Origin: Candidatus Iainarchaeum sp. | GTDB lineage: Archaea; Iainarchaeota; Iainarchaeia; Iainarchaeales; GCA-2688035 | DNA length: 20,470 bases | Assembly (NCBI GenBank): GCA_017610205.1 | Contig: JAFCCL010000015.1 | Span: forward strand, 1 to 20,470 | Direction: 5' to 3' | In this document: positions 8,725 to 16,542 of the stretch, piece after piece | Numbering within the stretch: the stretch's first letter is position 1 | Layout: every line of letters starts with the position of its first letter | Program-made: the position numbers and the translations under genes | The notes under the pieces: generated by a model | Database searches by the model: none | What the model saw: the letters and a program-made list of their open reading frames with translations, nothing else | Told to the model about the DNA's origin: nothing

Positions 8725-9800
8725 AGGCTCCAATTTCTAATGATAAAGAAGGTCTTGAGTTTTTTAAATCATGGATTAAGAATAAACCAGTAGCACCAAC
8801 TGTTGTAAAGCTCAACTTGACAGAAAGATGCAATTCAAGATGCAAAATGTGCTTTTACTGGAGAAAAAAACCACTAGACGACATGCCTTCAAAAGTAGTA
8901 GAACAGCTCTTGAATGAATTGGCTTGTCTGGGTACAAAAACCATAACTTTTTCAGGGGGAGAAGCACTACTCCACAAAGATATAATCCCATTAATTAAAA
9001 CTGCTTCAAAAAAAGGTTTCAGAACTATATTGCTAACCAATGGCCTGCTTGTCTCAAAAGAGAAAGCCAAAGAAATAGTCTTAGCAGGAACAAACACAAT
9101 AGAATTCTCCATAGACTCGCATAAAAGGAAAACAAATGACGAAATACGCGGAATTAAAGGCGCATATGACAAAGCAGTTAATGGAATAAAATTCATTAAC
9201 CTCTTCAAAAAAAAGTACAAAAAAAATATTTCAGTTACACTTTGCTCAGTATTAAATGCCAAAAACTACAAAGACATGCATAAAATCCTGTTGCTAAAAA
9301 AATACGGGGTTAATAGCTTTCATTTTTATCCAATGCGCCCGTACGTTGGCCAAAAACCAAATCCAGAACTAAACACCACTAAGAAACAAGAAAACTTTTT
9401 TGCAAAAAAAACATTGCCAAAACTAATATCGCTGGCTAAAAAAAATGGATTAAACAAGAAAGAGATTTACAGGGCAATTTATATGTTCATAGAGAGCAAT
9501 CCAAAACCACCTTGCTTTTTACCAATGTTTCACGCAACCATTGACACAGATGGAGAAGTATTCCCCTGCTGCCACGCAGCAGACCACAGACAAATAAAAA
9601 GCGTCTCAATGGGAAACATACTCAACAACACATTCAAAAAAATCTGGCTAGGAAAAAAATTCCACAAATTCAGAAAAAGCACCAAACACAAACTATACTT
9701 CTTCTGCAACGACTGCATTTACACAAACACAAATACCGAATGCCAAAAAGCATTAGTTTATTTTAACAAAGAACAAAACAATAACCAAAAAAAGGGATAA
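8721..9800 (+). CDS. radical SAM protein with SPASM/twitch auxiliary Fe-S domain
   Basis: CNSRCKMC, FSGGEALLH, LTNG, FSIDS, IRG. C-terminal C-x17-CC-x44-CxxC including GEVFPCC, MGNI and KIW. Confidence 0.93.
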   Translation: MKAPISNDKEGLEFFKSWIKNKPVAPTVVKLNLTERCNSRCKMCFYWRKKPLDDMPSKVVEQLLNELACLGTKTITFSGGEALLHKDIIPLIKTASKKGFRTILLTNGLLVSKEKAKEIVLAGTNTIEFSIDSHKRKTNDEIRGIKGAYDKAVNGIKFINLFKKKYKKNISVTLCSVLNAKNYKDMHKILLLKKYGVNSFHFYPMRPYVGQKPNPELNTTKKQENFFAKKTLPKLISLAKKNGLNKKEIYRAIYMFIESNPKPPCFLPMFHATIDTDGEVFPCCHAADHRQIKSVSMGNILNNTFKKIWLGKKFHKFRKSTKHKLYFFCNDCIYTNTNTECQKALVYFNKEQNNNQKKG

Positions 9801-9803
9801 TTG

Positions 9804-10730
9804 ATGTTTAAGCGTGCTGGAAAAAAATGGACGAAAAAGACAGTTACAAAAATCAAGGCAGGCAAGCCACGCCCATTGGCAGTTGCGGAAACAATATCCG
9901 AACAAACAGCAAAAAGAATTCGCCTAAAACAAAAACGGCCATTCACAACAGAAGACCTCAAAAGATTAAGATCTAAAGTCTTCCCACGAACTTACGGCAC
10001 ACGATTCGAAGGAATTATAAGAGACAGATTGTTCAGACTAAAACAATCCGCAAAAAAAAGGCTAATTGCAGAAACATTTGGGCTAAAAGGAGAAAGACTA
10101 GGCCTACTAACAATCCAACCCGAAATGCAAGGTTACGTTCCAGAAATCAGAAAATTTCTTTCCACCCTTGGATGCAAAATAATATACTCAAAAAACCTAA
10201 TTTTAACCAAAGGACAATTATATGACATATTTGGAAAAAAACAAATGCATCTATACTGGGACTTTCCAATAGAATCATCTGTAATGCTCTGCAACCCAAT
10301 AAAAGTACTCGTGTTCAGGCACCTAAGTCCAGAACAATACTTACAAAAATCCCGCTATCTAGAACACCTCCGAAATGCCAACCCAAAAAAACACAAAAGG
10401 ATAATTGACAGACTAAGCAAAGCAACCGGGCAAGCAATATTCGACAAAATATTCAAAGGGGAACACGAAGAAGTACAACCAGGAACAATCAGGGGAGACA
10501 TAGTTCAAGCAAAACTAAAAGAAATGGGATTCAACACGCCAACACTAGTACAAAAAGGAAAATTATTAGATATGTTTGGCTTTTTAGAAGCCCATCCTGA
10601 CATTCCTGCCCTTTCAGTATTTGGAGGAGTTCATGCACCAAAAGCAGAAGAACTATTCAAAGAAGCCACAATTTTATTCACAAGAACGGAACTACAAGAA
10701 ATCAAAAAAAGAACATCAAAAAAAGCATAA
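9804..10730 (+). CDS. divergent nucleoside-diphosphate-kinase-like protein with a long basic N-terminal extension (paralog 1)
   Basis: LLTIQPE (cf. IKPD), GCKII, CNPIKVLVF (cf. SGPVVAM), QPGTIRGDI (NDK signature PGTIRGD), GVHAPKAEELFKEATILF (cf. NxxHGSDSxESAxREIxLFF). ATG at 9804, 3 nt after the rSAM stop; TTG 9801 is an alternative. Confidence 0.7.
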   Translation: MFKRAGKKWTKKTVTKIKAGKPRPLAVAETISEQTAKRIRLKQKRPFTTEDLKRLRSKVFPRTYGTRFEGIIRDRLFRLKQSAKKRLIAETFGLKGERLGLLTIQPEMQGYVPEIRKFLSTLGCKIIYSKNLILTKGQLYDIFGKKQMHLYWDFPIESSVMLCNPIKVLVFRHLSPEQYLQKSRYLEHLRNANPKKHKRIIDRLSKATGQAIFDKIFKGEHEEVQPGTIRGDIVQAKLKEMGFNTPTLVQKGKLLDMFGFLEAHPDIPALSVFGGVHAPKAEELFKEATILFTRTELQEIKKRTSKKA

Positions 10731-10855
10731 CAAAAACTACCGATTTAAATACCTTCCTTGTACTTGACGGTTTTTATGAAGCTTTCTGCAAAGACATAGA
10801 CATATAAGCGAGAAAAACGGAAAATTTGTTAAACTCATTTGATTAGTATACTTAT

Positions 10856-11548
10856 ATGGATATTTTTATCACGAGCTTAAGTGAAGGGGCAAAAAAAGCA
10901 AAAGGACTAACTGTCGTTATAGACGTATTTAGGGCTTTTTCAACTATTTGCTATGCTTTTGGTAATGGCGCAAAAGAAGTAATCCCTATAAAAGAATCTG
11001 TTGATGCATTTGAATTGAAAAAACATGACCCTGCACTTGTTTTGATGGGCGAAGAAAACGGCTTAAAAATTGGAGGGTTTGATTTTGGCAATTCACCCAC
11101 AGAAATCGAAAACGTTGACTTTAGCGGAAAAACAATTATAATGAGAACAAGTGCCGGGATACAAGGAATTCTATACGCAAAAAACGCAAGTGAATTAATT
11201 ACCGGAAGCTTCGTTAACGCAGGAGCAATAGTTAATTACATTAAGAAAAAAAACCCTAAACTTGTCACTTTAGTCCCAATGGGGAATGATGGAACAAAGA
11301 AAGTTGACGAAGACGAATCATGTGCCGAATACATTAAAAATTCTTTACTTGGAAACGAAACAGATTTTTTAAAAATCAAAAACCACTTAAGAAATTATAA
11401 AACAGCCCTAAAATTCTTTAACTCAACCAACCCAGAGGCTCCAGAAAAAGATTTTGAATTATGCCTTAACCTAAACAAATTTAATTTTGTGTTAAAAGTA
11501 AAAAAAGAAGGTGTATATCCTAAAATAGAAAAAGTGTTTGCTGAATAA
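10856..11548 (+). CDS. comB: 2-phosphosulfolactate phosphatase (ComB) family protein
   Basis: VVIDVFRAFSTI, LMGEENGLKIGGFDFGNSP, MRTSAG, GSFVNAGA, EDESCA, DFELCL. Family-level call; no other coenzyme M genes are in the window. Confidence 0.88.
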   Translation: MDIFITSLSEGAKKAKGLTVVIDVFRAFSTICYAFGNGAKEVIPIKESVDAFELKKHDPALVLMGEENGLKIGGFDFGNSPTEIENVDFSGKTIIMRTSAGIQGILYAKNASELITGSFVNAGAIVNYIKKKNPKLVTLVPMGNDGTKKVDEDESCAEYIKNSLLGNETDFLKIKNHLRNYKTALKFFNSTNPEAPEKDFELCLNLNKFNFVLKVKKEGVYPKIEKVFAE

Positions 11549-11612
11549 CAATAATCTCTAGCCTAAAAACGAACAACTGTGAAGCAGAATAAAAAACCTT
11601 GGTTAAGTTTCT

Positions 11613-12530
11613 TTAAGCCAACCTTTGTCGTATCCTTTTTAGTTCCGGTATTGTTAAGAGGACCGCTACTTCTCGGAATAGTTCTGTTTCTTTTGGAGAA
11701 TGTACACCTCCTAGCATGCTCATTGCTCTTAAATCAGGATGTTTTTTCAGGTACTCTAATGGGTCAAGCATTTTTTCCCTCTTGTTATTAGTACCCCCTT
11801 TTTCAAATCCTTTGCCTACAAGCCAAGGGTACACTATGTCGCCTCTTATTGTTCCTAGTTGAACTTTTTCATGTTCTCCTTTGAAAAGCTTGTCAAAGAT
11901 TGTTTGCCTGCTTTTATTAGAAAGGTTAGAAAGCTGGTATTGGTATTCTTTTGGGTTGTTAATTTTTAAGTGTTTGAGATATTTTGATATTTTGAAATAT
12001 TCTTCTTTTGATGGGTGCTTGAAAACAACTATTTTTGACGGGGAACTCAAAAATGTTTGGGTAGTAACTGGAAAATTGTTGTAAATTTGCATTTGCCTGT
12101 GTCCAAACAGACCGTATAGCTGCAATTTTGAGAAAATAATATTTTTACTGAATACTATCTTGCATTTTGAGTTGGATAAAAAGCGTCTTACATGTTTTGT
12201 TTGCCCCATGAACTCTGGTTGAATTACAAGAAAACCTAGTTTGTTTCCTCTTAAGCCAAAAGTTTGTTCAATTATTCTTTGTTTAGATTTTTTTTTAAGT
12301 GCTATAAGTTTTTTGAACAGGTTTGGATTGGCGATAAGACTTCTTTTCTTCGGGTAAGAAAGCCGTTTTAGGTACTTCATATCTTCTACTGAAAAGCCGT
12401 GTACGTTCTTTTTTACTCTTCCTTTCACTTGCTCTGAAAGATTTTCTAAGACGCTTCTTTCTCTTGATTTTCCTGAACGCATTTTTGAAACGATTTTTCG
12501 AATACCTGCGCGTGTTTTTCTTTTAGACAT
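11613..12530 (-). CDS. divergent nucleoside-diphosphate-kinase-like protein with a long basic N-terminal extension (paralog 2)
   Basis: Colinear with 9804-10730, sharing TFGLxG, IQPE, SKN, IFDKxFKGEHE, GTIRGDIV, HPD and GGVHxPK..ELFxE. Confidence 0.7.
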   Translation of the reverse strand: MSKRKTRAGIRKIVSKMRSGKSRERSVLENLSEQVKGRVKKNVHGFSVEDMKYLKRLSYPKKRSLIANPNLFKKLIALKKKSKQRIIEQTFGLRGNKLGFLVIQPEFMGQTKHVRRFLSNSKCKIVFSKNIIFSKLQLYGLFGHRQMQIYNNFPVTTQTFLSSPSKIVVFKHPSKEEYFKISKYLKHLKINNPKEYQYQLSNLSNKSRQTIFDKLFKGEHEKVQLGTIRGDIVYPWLVGKGFEKGGTNNKREKMLDPLEYLKKHPDLRAMSMLGGVHSPKETELFREVAVLLTIPELKRIRQRLA

Positions 12531-12774
12531 TCTACTCTAATTAGTTTTCTTTTTAGTTCTTATTAACCTTTTTGCATGCCTGTTTTTTGGAAACGTTTCT
12601 AAAACAAGTTTGTTAACACTTTTTAATAGCTTCTGCCAAGTAATCTAGCACTTAGCTCCTGCCTCAAAACTTTTTTGCTAACATAAAGACTAAAAACTTT
12701 CTTTGGCTTTTTATGTCTGGCGTCACCACTTACAAATAAAGTGCTTTTAACTATTTCCTTGCACACTCCAATGC

Positions 12775-13221
12775 ATGCCTGAACAAGCAAAACTTGGAAT
12801 AAGAAAAGCAAAAGAAACAGACTTACCTGCTTGCATAAAAATAATGATTGAAGCCTTTGCAGGGCAAGAGAACTGGACAGAGAAAACAGCAAGGGGAAGG
12901 CTTGAAGAAAAAATAAGAGAAGCACCAAACCTGTGTTTCTGTTTGGAACTTGAAGGAAAAGTAGTTGGCTTCATGTTCTGCGAGCAATTCGATTACGCAA
13001 AAGGCAATTACTTGTGGCTAGCAGAATTTGCTATAAGCCCTAAAGAACAAGGAAAAGGATTCGGAAAACAAGCACTGAAATTCATTGAAAACCTTGCAAA
13101 AGAAAACAAATTTAACATATTATACCTAGTAGCAAACAAAAAAGAAAAAGCATACAAAATTTACCAAAAACAAGGATTCAAAAACACAAACCAGTTCTTC
13201 ATGGAAAAAGAACTAAAATAA
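12775..13221 (+). CDS. GNAT family N-acetyltransferase
   Basis: IRKAKETDL, VVGF, LWLAEFAISPKEQGKGFGKQAL (acetyl-CoA motif A), AYKIYQKQGF. TTTTAA TATA-like box at about 12745-12750. Confidence 0.92.
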   Translation: MPEQAKLGIRKAKETDLPACIKIMIEAFAGQENWTEKTARGRLEEKIREAPNLCFCLELEGKVVGFMFCEQFDYAKGNYLWLAEFAISPKEQGKGFGKQALKFIENLAKENKFNILYLVANKKEKAYKIYQKQGFKNTNQFFMEKELK

Positions 13222-13272
13222 AAAAAAGAAAACGCTGCAATGGTTGGCGACAGCAAATTCGACATTGGTACC
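13222..13272 (+). pseudogene. HAD-family hydrolase fragment (motif IV only)
   Basis: Immediately after the GNAT stop the sequence reads KKENAAMVGDSKFDIG, the MVGDSxxD motif IV of HAD phosphatases. No other HAD motifs are nearby. Confidence 0.55.
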
Positions 13273-13314
13273 GAAAAGACTTTGAAAAATAATTGGTTGA
13301 AGTGGCAGAATGCT

Positions 13315-13941
13315 CTAGAATTCTAAGAATTCCATTGCTCTGCCGGCGTTTTTCGAGTCAATAACGATTAGAGTGTCGTCATAGCAACTCATGAACTCCT
13401 CGATGTTTACGCCGTTTTCGAAGAAAAGACTTGAGAGGTATGCGACTGCTCCAGGTGTTGCCTTAATGCCCGGGCTTGTTATTGTGATTAAAGAAAGGCT
13501 TTCTTTTTTGCTGGTTGTGTAGTTTTTGAGTTTTTCAAGCAGTTGCTTGTTTTGCTGTTGGACTATTACTGTAATGGTTTTTGTTCCCTCAATTGTGAAG
13601 AACAGTGCTTTGTCTTTTTTGATTTCGCGCTCTATGTCAATCAGGGAATCTGGGTATATGTGTTTTTCAAGCGTGAAGGTTACTATGTTGTTTTTTATTT
13701 CCAGGTTGCTTTTTTTGAACAGCTTTATTACCTTGTCTTCCCATTGCTTGTTTTCTATTTTGTCTTTGAATCTTATGGCTGCGATTGCGATTGCTTCCCT
13801 GCTCGCCTTTTTCTCCAGGCTGAGTTGTTTTGCAATAAACTTGGATAGTGCCGAGTAGTTAATCAGGCCTTTTTTGAGGCAGTCTTTGATGGAGATGTGT
13901 GTGGAAATGAATTTTTCTGCAAGTGCTGCTGTAGAAGCCAT
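13315..13941 (-). CDS. ACT-domain putative amino-acid-sensing regulator
   Basis: Helical N-terminus (IKDCLKKGLINYSALSKFI). C-terminal ACT-like segment LSLITITSPGIKATPGAVAYLSSLFFENGVNIEEFMSCYDDTLIVI. Divergent from the arg operon. Confidence 0.75.
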   Translation of the reverse strand: MASTAALAEKFISTHISIKDCLKKGLINYSALSKFIAKQLSLEKKASREAIAIAAIRFKDKIENKQWEDKVIKLFKKSNLEIKNNIVTFTLEKHIYPDSLIDIEREIKKDKALFFTIEGTKTITVIVQQQNKQLLEKLKNYTTSKKESLSLITITSPGIKATPGAVAYLSSLFFENGVNIEEFMSCYDDTLIVIDSKNAGRAMEFLEF

Positions 13942-14123
13942 GCTGTTTCAATAAAAATATGTATAGTAACAAATAAAACATTATTGTTTCAAATGGGACA
14001 TTTGTTTTGTTTGAAACAAATTCCCAAAATCTGTTTTGTTTCAGGCAAAAGCCATTTAAGGCTGGCAAACAGCAGTTCTGTTTGGGTTTTGATAAAAAAG
14101 GGCCTTTTGTGAAGTGATTTGAA
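13942..14123. promoter_or_regulatory. arg operon / regulator intergenic region with TATA box and repeated A(C/A)A-N7-TGTTT sites
   Basis: Sites at 13975-13989, 13998-14012, 14027-14041 and 14069-14083. TTTAAG at 14055-14060 is preceded by CAAAAG. SD-like GAAGTGA at 14111-14117. Confidence 0.55.
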
Positions 14124-15383
14124 ATGAAGGAGATGCTGGTAAAGTTTTTAGAGAAAGCAGGAGAGAACTCAGAGTTCAAGCTTTTTCACAGCATGTACAA
14201 AAGCCTTCCTGCCGGAAAGTTTGCAGTTGTAAAGGTTAGCGGTGAAACCTTGGAAAAGCATTTGGACGAAATCGCGGAAGACCTTGCTTTTCTGAACAAG
14301 CTTGGCATCTGCCCAATAGTAGTGCATGGGGCAGGCTCGACACTGGACAAAATGCTGCCATGCACAAAAAAGGTTGATGGCGTAAGATTTACAAGCAAGG
14401 CTGACATGAAAACCGTGAAAAAAGTTTTCAACAAGCTAAGCACCGAACTTGTAGGCAAAATCGTAGAAAAGGGCGGTAATGCAGAACACATTGAAGGCGT
14501 TTTTGAATGTGAGGCACTCAAAGGATTTGGATATGCCGGCAAAATAAAAAGTCTAACCCTGAGCACAATAGAGAAAACTGTAGAAAAGAATGCTGTGCCA
14601 ATAATAAGCCCTATTGGAAAAAAAGACGGTGTTGAATTTAACATTAATGCAGATACTGCTGCAAAAGAAATAATAAAGGCAGTGCAGCCAAAAAAATTCA
14701 TTTTGGTAACGGAAACAGGCGGCATCCTTGACAAAAACAACAAACTGCTTCCATTCATTAACCTATCTTCCAAAGATGCATTTGACAACATTAGTGGCGG
14801 AATGTTGCAGAAAGTAAAGGAAATAAAGGAATTCTTGGACAGCGGAATTGAGTGCGCGGTTGTGATAACATCAGCGGAAAACATGCTTAAAGAAATATTC
14901 ACTGTAAAAGGAAGTGGCACATTAGTCAAAAGTCATGCCATAATATTAAGCCAAGGCTTTAACGACTTGAATAAAAGCAAACTGAAAGGCTTGCTGGAAG
15001 ACGCTTTTGGCAAAAAGCTTGCCGAAGGCTATTTTGAGGATGAAGCAAAAGAAGTGCTGTACCAAAAGGACTGCGAGGCCGTAGCAATAATAAAAGAAGC
15101 CAATGAATTGCCTTACTTGGACAAGTTTGCTGTAGCAAAACACTGCCAAGGAACAGGCCTGGGAAAAAGCCTCTGGGAAGAGCTAGATAAAAAATACAGC
15201 AAACTCGTTTGGAGGGCACTTGCCTGCAACGGCGCAAACAGCTTTTATGACAAGCAATGCGACGGATTTGTTAAAAAAGGCAAGTGGAAAGTATACTGGA
15301 AAGGGCTATGCGAAAAAGAAATAATGCAGAGTGTTGAAGCAGTGGCAGAAAAGCAAGCCACAATGATTGAGGAGGCGGTTTGA
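14124..15383 (+). CDS. argB: acetylglutamate kinase fused to a NAT (DUF619) domain; bifunctional NAGS/NAGK type
   Basis: Kinase domain VVKVSG, IVVHGAG, DGVRFT, NINAD, TETGGILD, GGMLQKVKEI, EIFTVKGSGTLV. NAT domain PYLDKFAV, QGTGLG, LVWRA, FYDKQCDG, WKVYWKGL. Confidence 0.92.
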   Translation: MKEMLVKFLEKAGENSEFKLFHSMYKSLPAGKFAVVKVSGETLEKHLDEIAEDLAFLNKLGICPIVVHGAGSTLDKMLPCTKKVDGVRFTSKADMKTVKKVFNKLSTELVGKIVEKGGNAEHIEGVFECEALKGFGYAGKIKSLTLSTIEKTVEKNAVPIISPIGKKDGVEFNINADTAAKEIIKAVQPKKFILVTETGGILDKNNKLLPFINLSSKDAFDNISGGMLQKVKEIKEFLDSGIECAVVITSAENMLKEIFTVKGSGTLVKSHAIILSQGFNDLNKSKLKGLLEDAFGKKLAEGYFEDEAKEVLYQKDCEAVAIIKEANELPYLDKFAVAKHCQGTGLGKSLWEELDKKYSKLVWRALACNGANSFYDKQCDGFVKKGKWKVYWKGLCEKEIMQSVEAVAEKQATMIEEAV

Positions 15384-15384
15384 A

Positions 15385-16542
15385 ATGGATCTAGTGAAAC
15401 AGGATTCAAAATACCTAATGAACACTTACAAAAAGAATGTCTGCTTAGAGTATGGCATTGGTTGCCATGTTTTTGACAATACTGGAAAAAAGTATCTGGA
15501 TTTAACAGGCGGAATTGCAACATGCAGTATCGGCCACTCAAACCCCAAGCTAGTAAAAGCTATTGCAAACCAAGCTGGAAAAATGATTAACTCAACCAAT
15601 TTATTCTATTCCGTGCCACAAATAGAGTTAGCAAAAAAGCTATCCAAATTGTCAGGCTTGAGCAAGTGTTTTTTCTGCAATTCAGGCACAGAAGCAGTTG
15701 AAGCAGCAATAAAGCTTGCAAAAAAACATACTGGAAAAAGCAAAATAATTGCCATGAAGAATGGTTTCCATGGAAGGACTCTTGGAAGCCTTTCCGCAAC
15801 TTGGAACCCAAAATTCAAGGAAAAGTTCAAGCCATTGATGCCTGGATTTGAACACGTTGAATTTGGAAGCATTGAAGCCCTAGAAAGCAAAATAGACAAA
15901 AACACTGCGGCAGTAATTCTTGAGCCAATTCAGGGTGAAGCCGGTGTAATAATGCCGCCGGAAGGCTATCTAAAAGAGGTTGAAAAGCTTTGCAAAGAAA
16001 ACAATGTCTTGATGGTAGTGGACGAAATTCAGACAGGTTGCGGCAGAACAGGCAAGTTTTTCTGTTTTCAGCACGAAAACATTTCGCCAGACATTGTAAC
16101 AGTCGCAAAAGGAATAGCAAACGGCTTGCCATTGGGTGCAGTAATCTCAAGAAAAGGAATTGACTTTGACCCAGGAGACCATGGCTCAACATTCGGTGGC
16201 AATAGCCTTTGCTGTACAGCATCCTTGAAAACAATTGAATTGATTGAAAAAGTTTTGCCGCAAGTTGAGGAAAAAGGCAAATACTTTTTCACCAAACTTG
16301 AATCAATTGACTCGAGCAAAGTAAAAGAAGTCAGAGGCAAGGGATTAATGCTTGCACTTGAATTAAACGAAGGCGCGAAAAAGGTTTCAGAAGAATGCGC
16401 AAAGAATGGCTTGCTGGTGAACTGCATTCATGGCAACATACTGCGCTTTCTTCCTACACTAACAATGACAAAAAAAGAGATTGACTTTGCAGTGCAAACA
16501 TTGAAGAAAGCAATCTCTCCAGAGGGAAATAAAAATGATTAA
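15385..16542 (+). CDS. argD: acetylornithine aminotransferase
   Basis: YLDLTGGIA, FFCNSGTEAVEAAIKLA, FHGRTLG, EPIQGEAG, DEIQTG, VAKG (PLP Lys), HGSTFGGN. ATG 15385 lies 1 nt after the argB stop. Confidence 0.93.
   Translation: MDLVKQDSKYLMNTYKKNVCLEYGIGCHVFDNTGKKYLDLTGGIATCSIGHSNPKLVKAIANQAGKMINSTNLFYSVPQIELAKKLSKLSGLSKCFFCNSGTEAVEAAIKLAKKHTGKSKIIAMKNGFHGRTLGSLSATWNPKFKEKFKPLMPGFEHVEFGSIEALESKIDKNTAAVILEPIQGEAGVIMPPEGYLKEVEKLCKENNVLMVVDEIQTGCGRTGKFFCFQHENISPDIVTVAKGIANGLPLGAVISRKGIDFDPGDHGSTFGGNSLCCTASLKTIELIEKVLPQVEEKGKYFFTKLESIDSSKVKEVRGKGLMLALELNEGAKKVSEECAKNGLLVNCIHGNILRFLPTLTMTKKEIDFAVQTLKKAISPEGNKND

Noticed and set aside
907-12664. 12-bp match TAGCTCCTGCCT at 907-918 and 12653-12664
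   Set aside because: A single short match is plausible by chance in 20 kb and does not coincide with island boundaries.
12650-12740. Possible EamA transporter fragment (IKTKNFLWLFMSGVTT)
   Set aside because: Too short, flanked by stops, and the resemblance is weak.
13942-14123. CRISPR array or structured ncRNA in the repeat-rich spacer
   Set aside because: The repeats are 10 bp or shorter and irregularly spaced, there are no cas genes, and operator sites explain them better.
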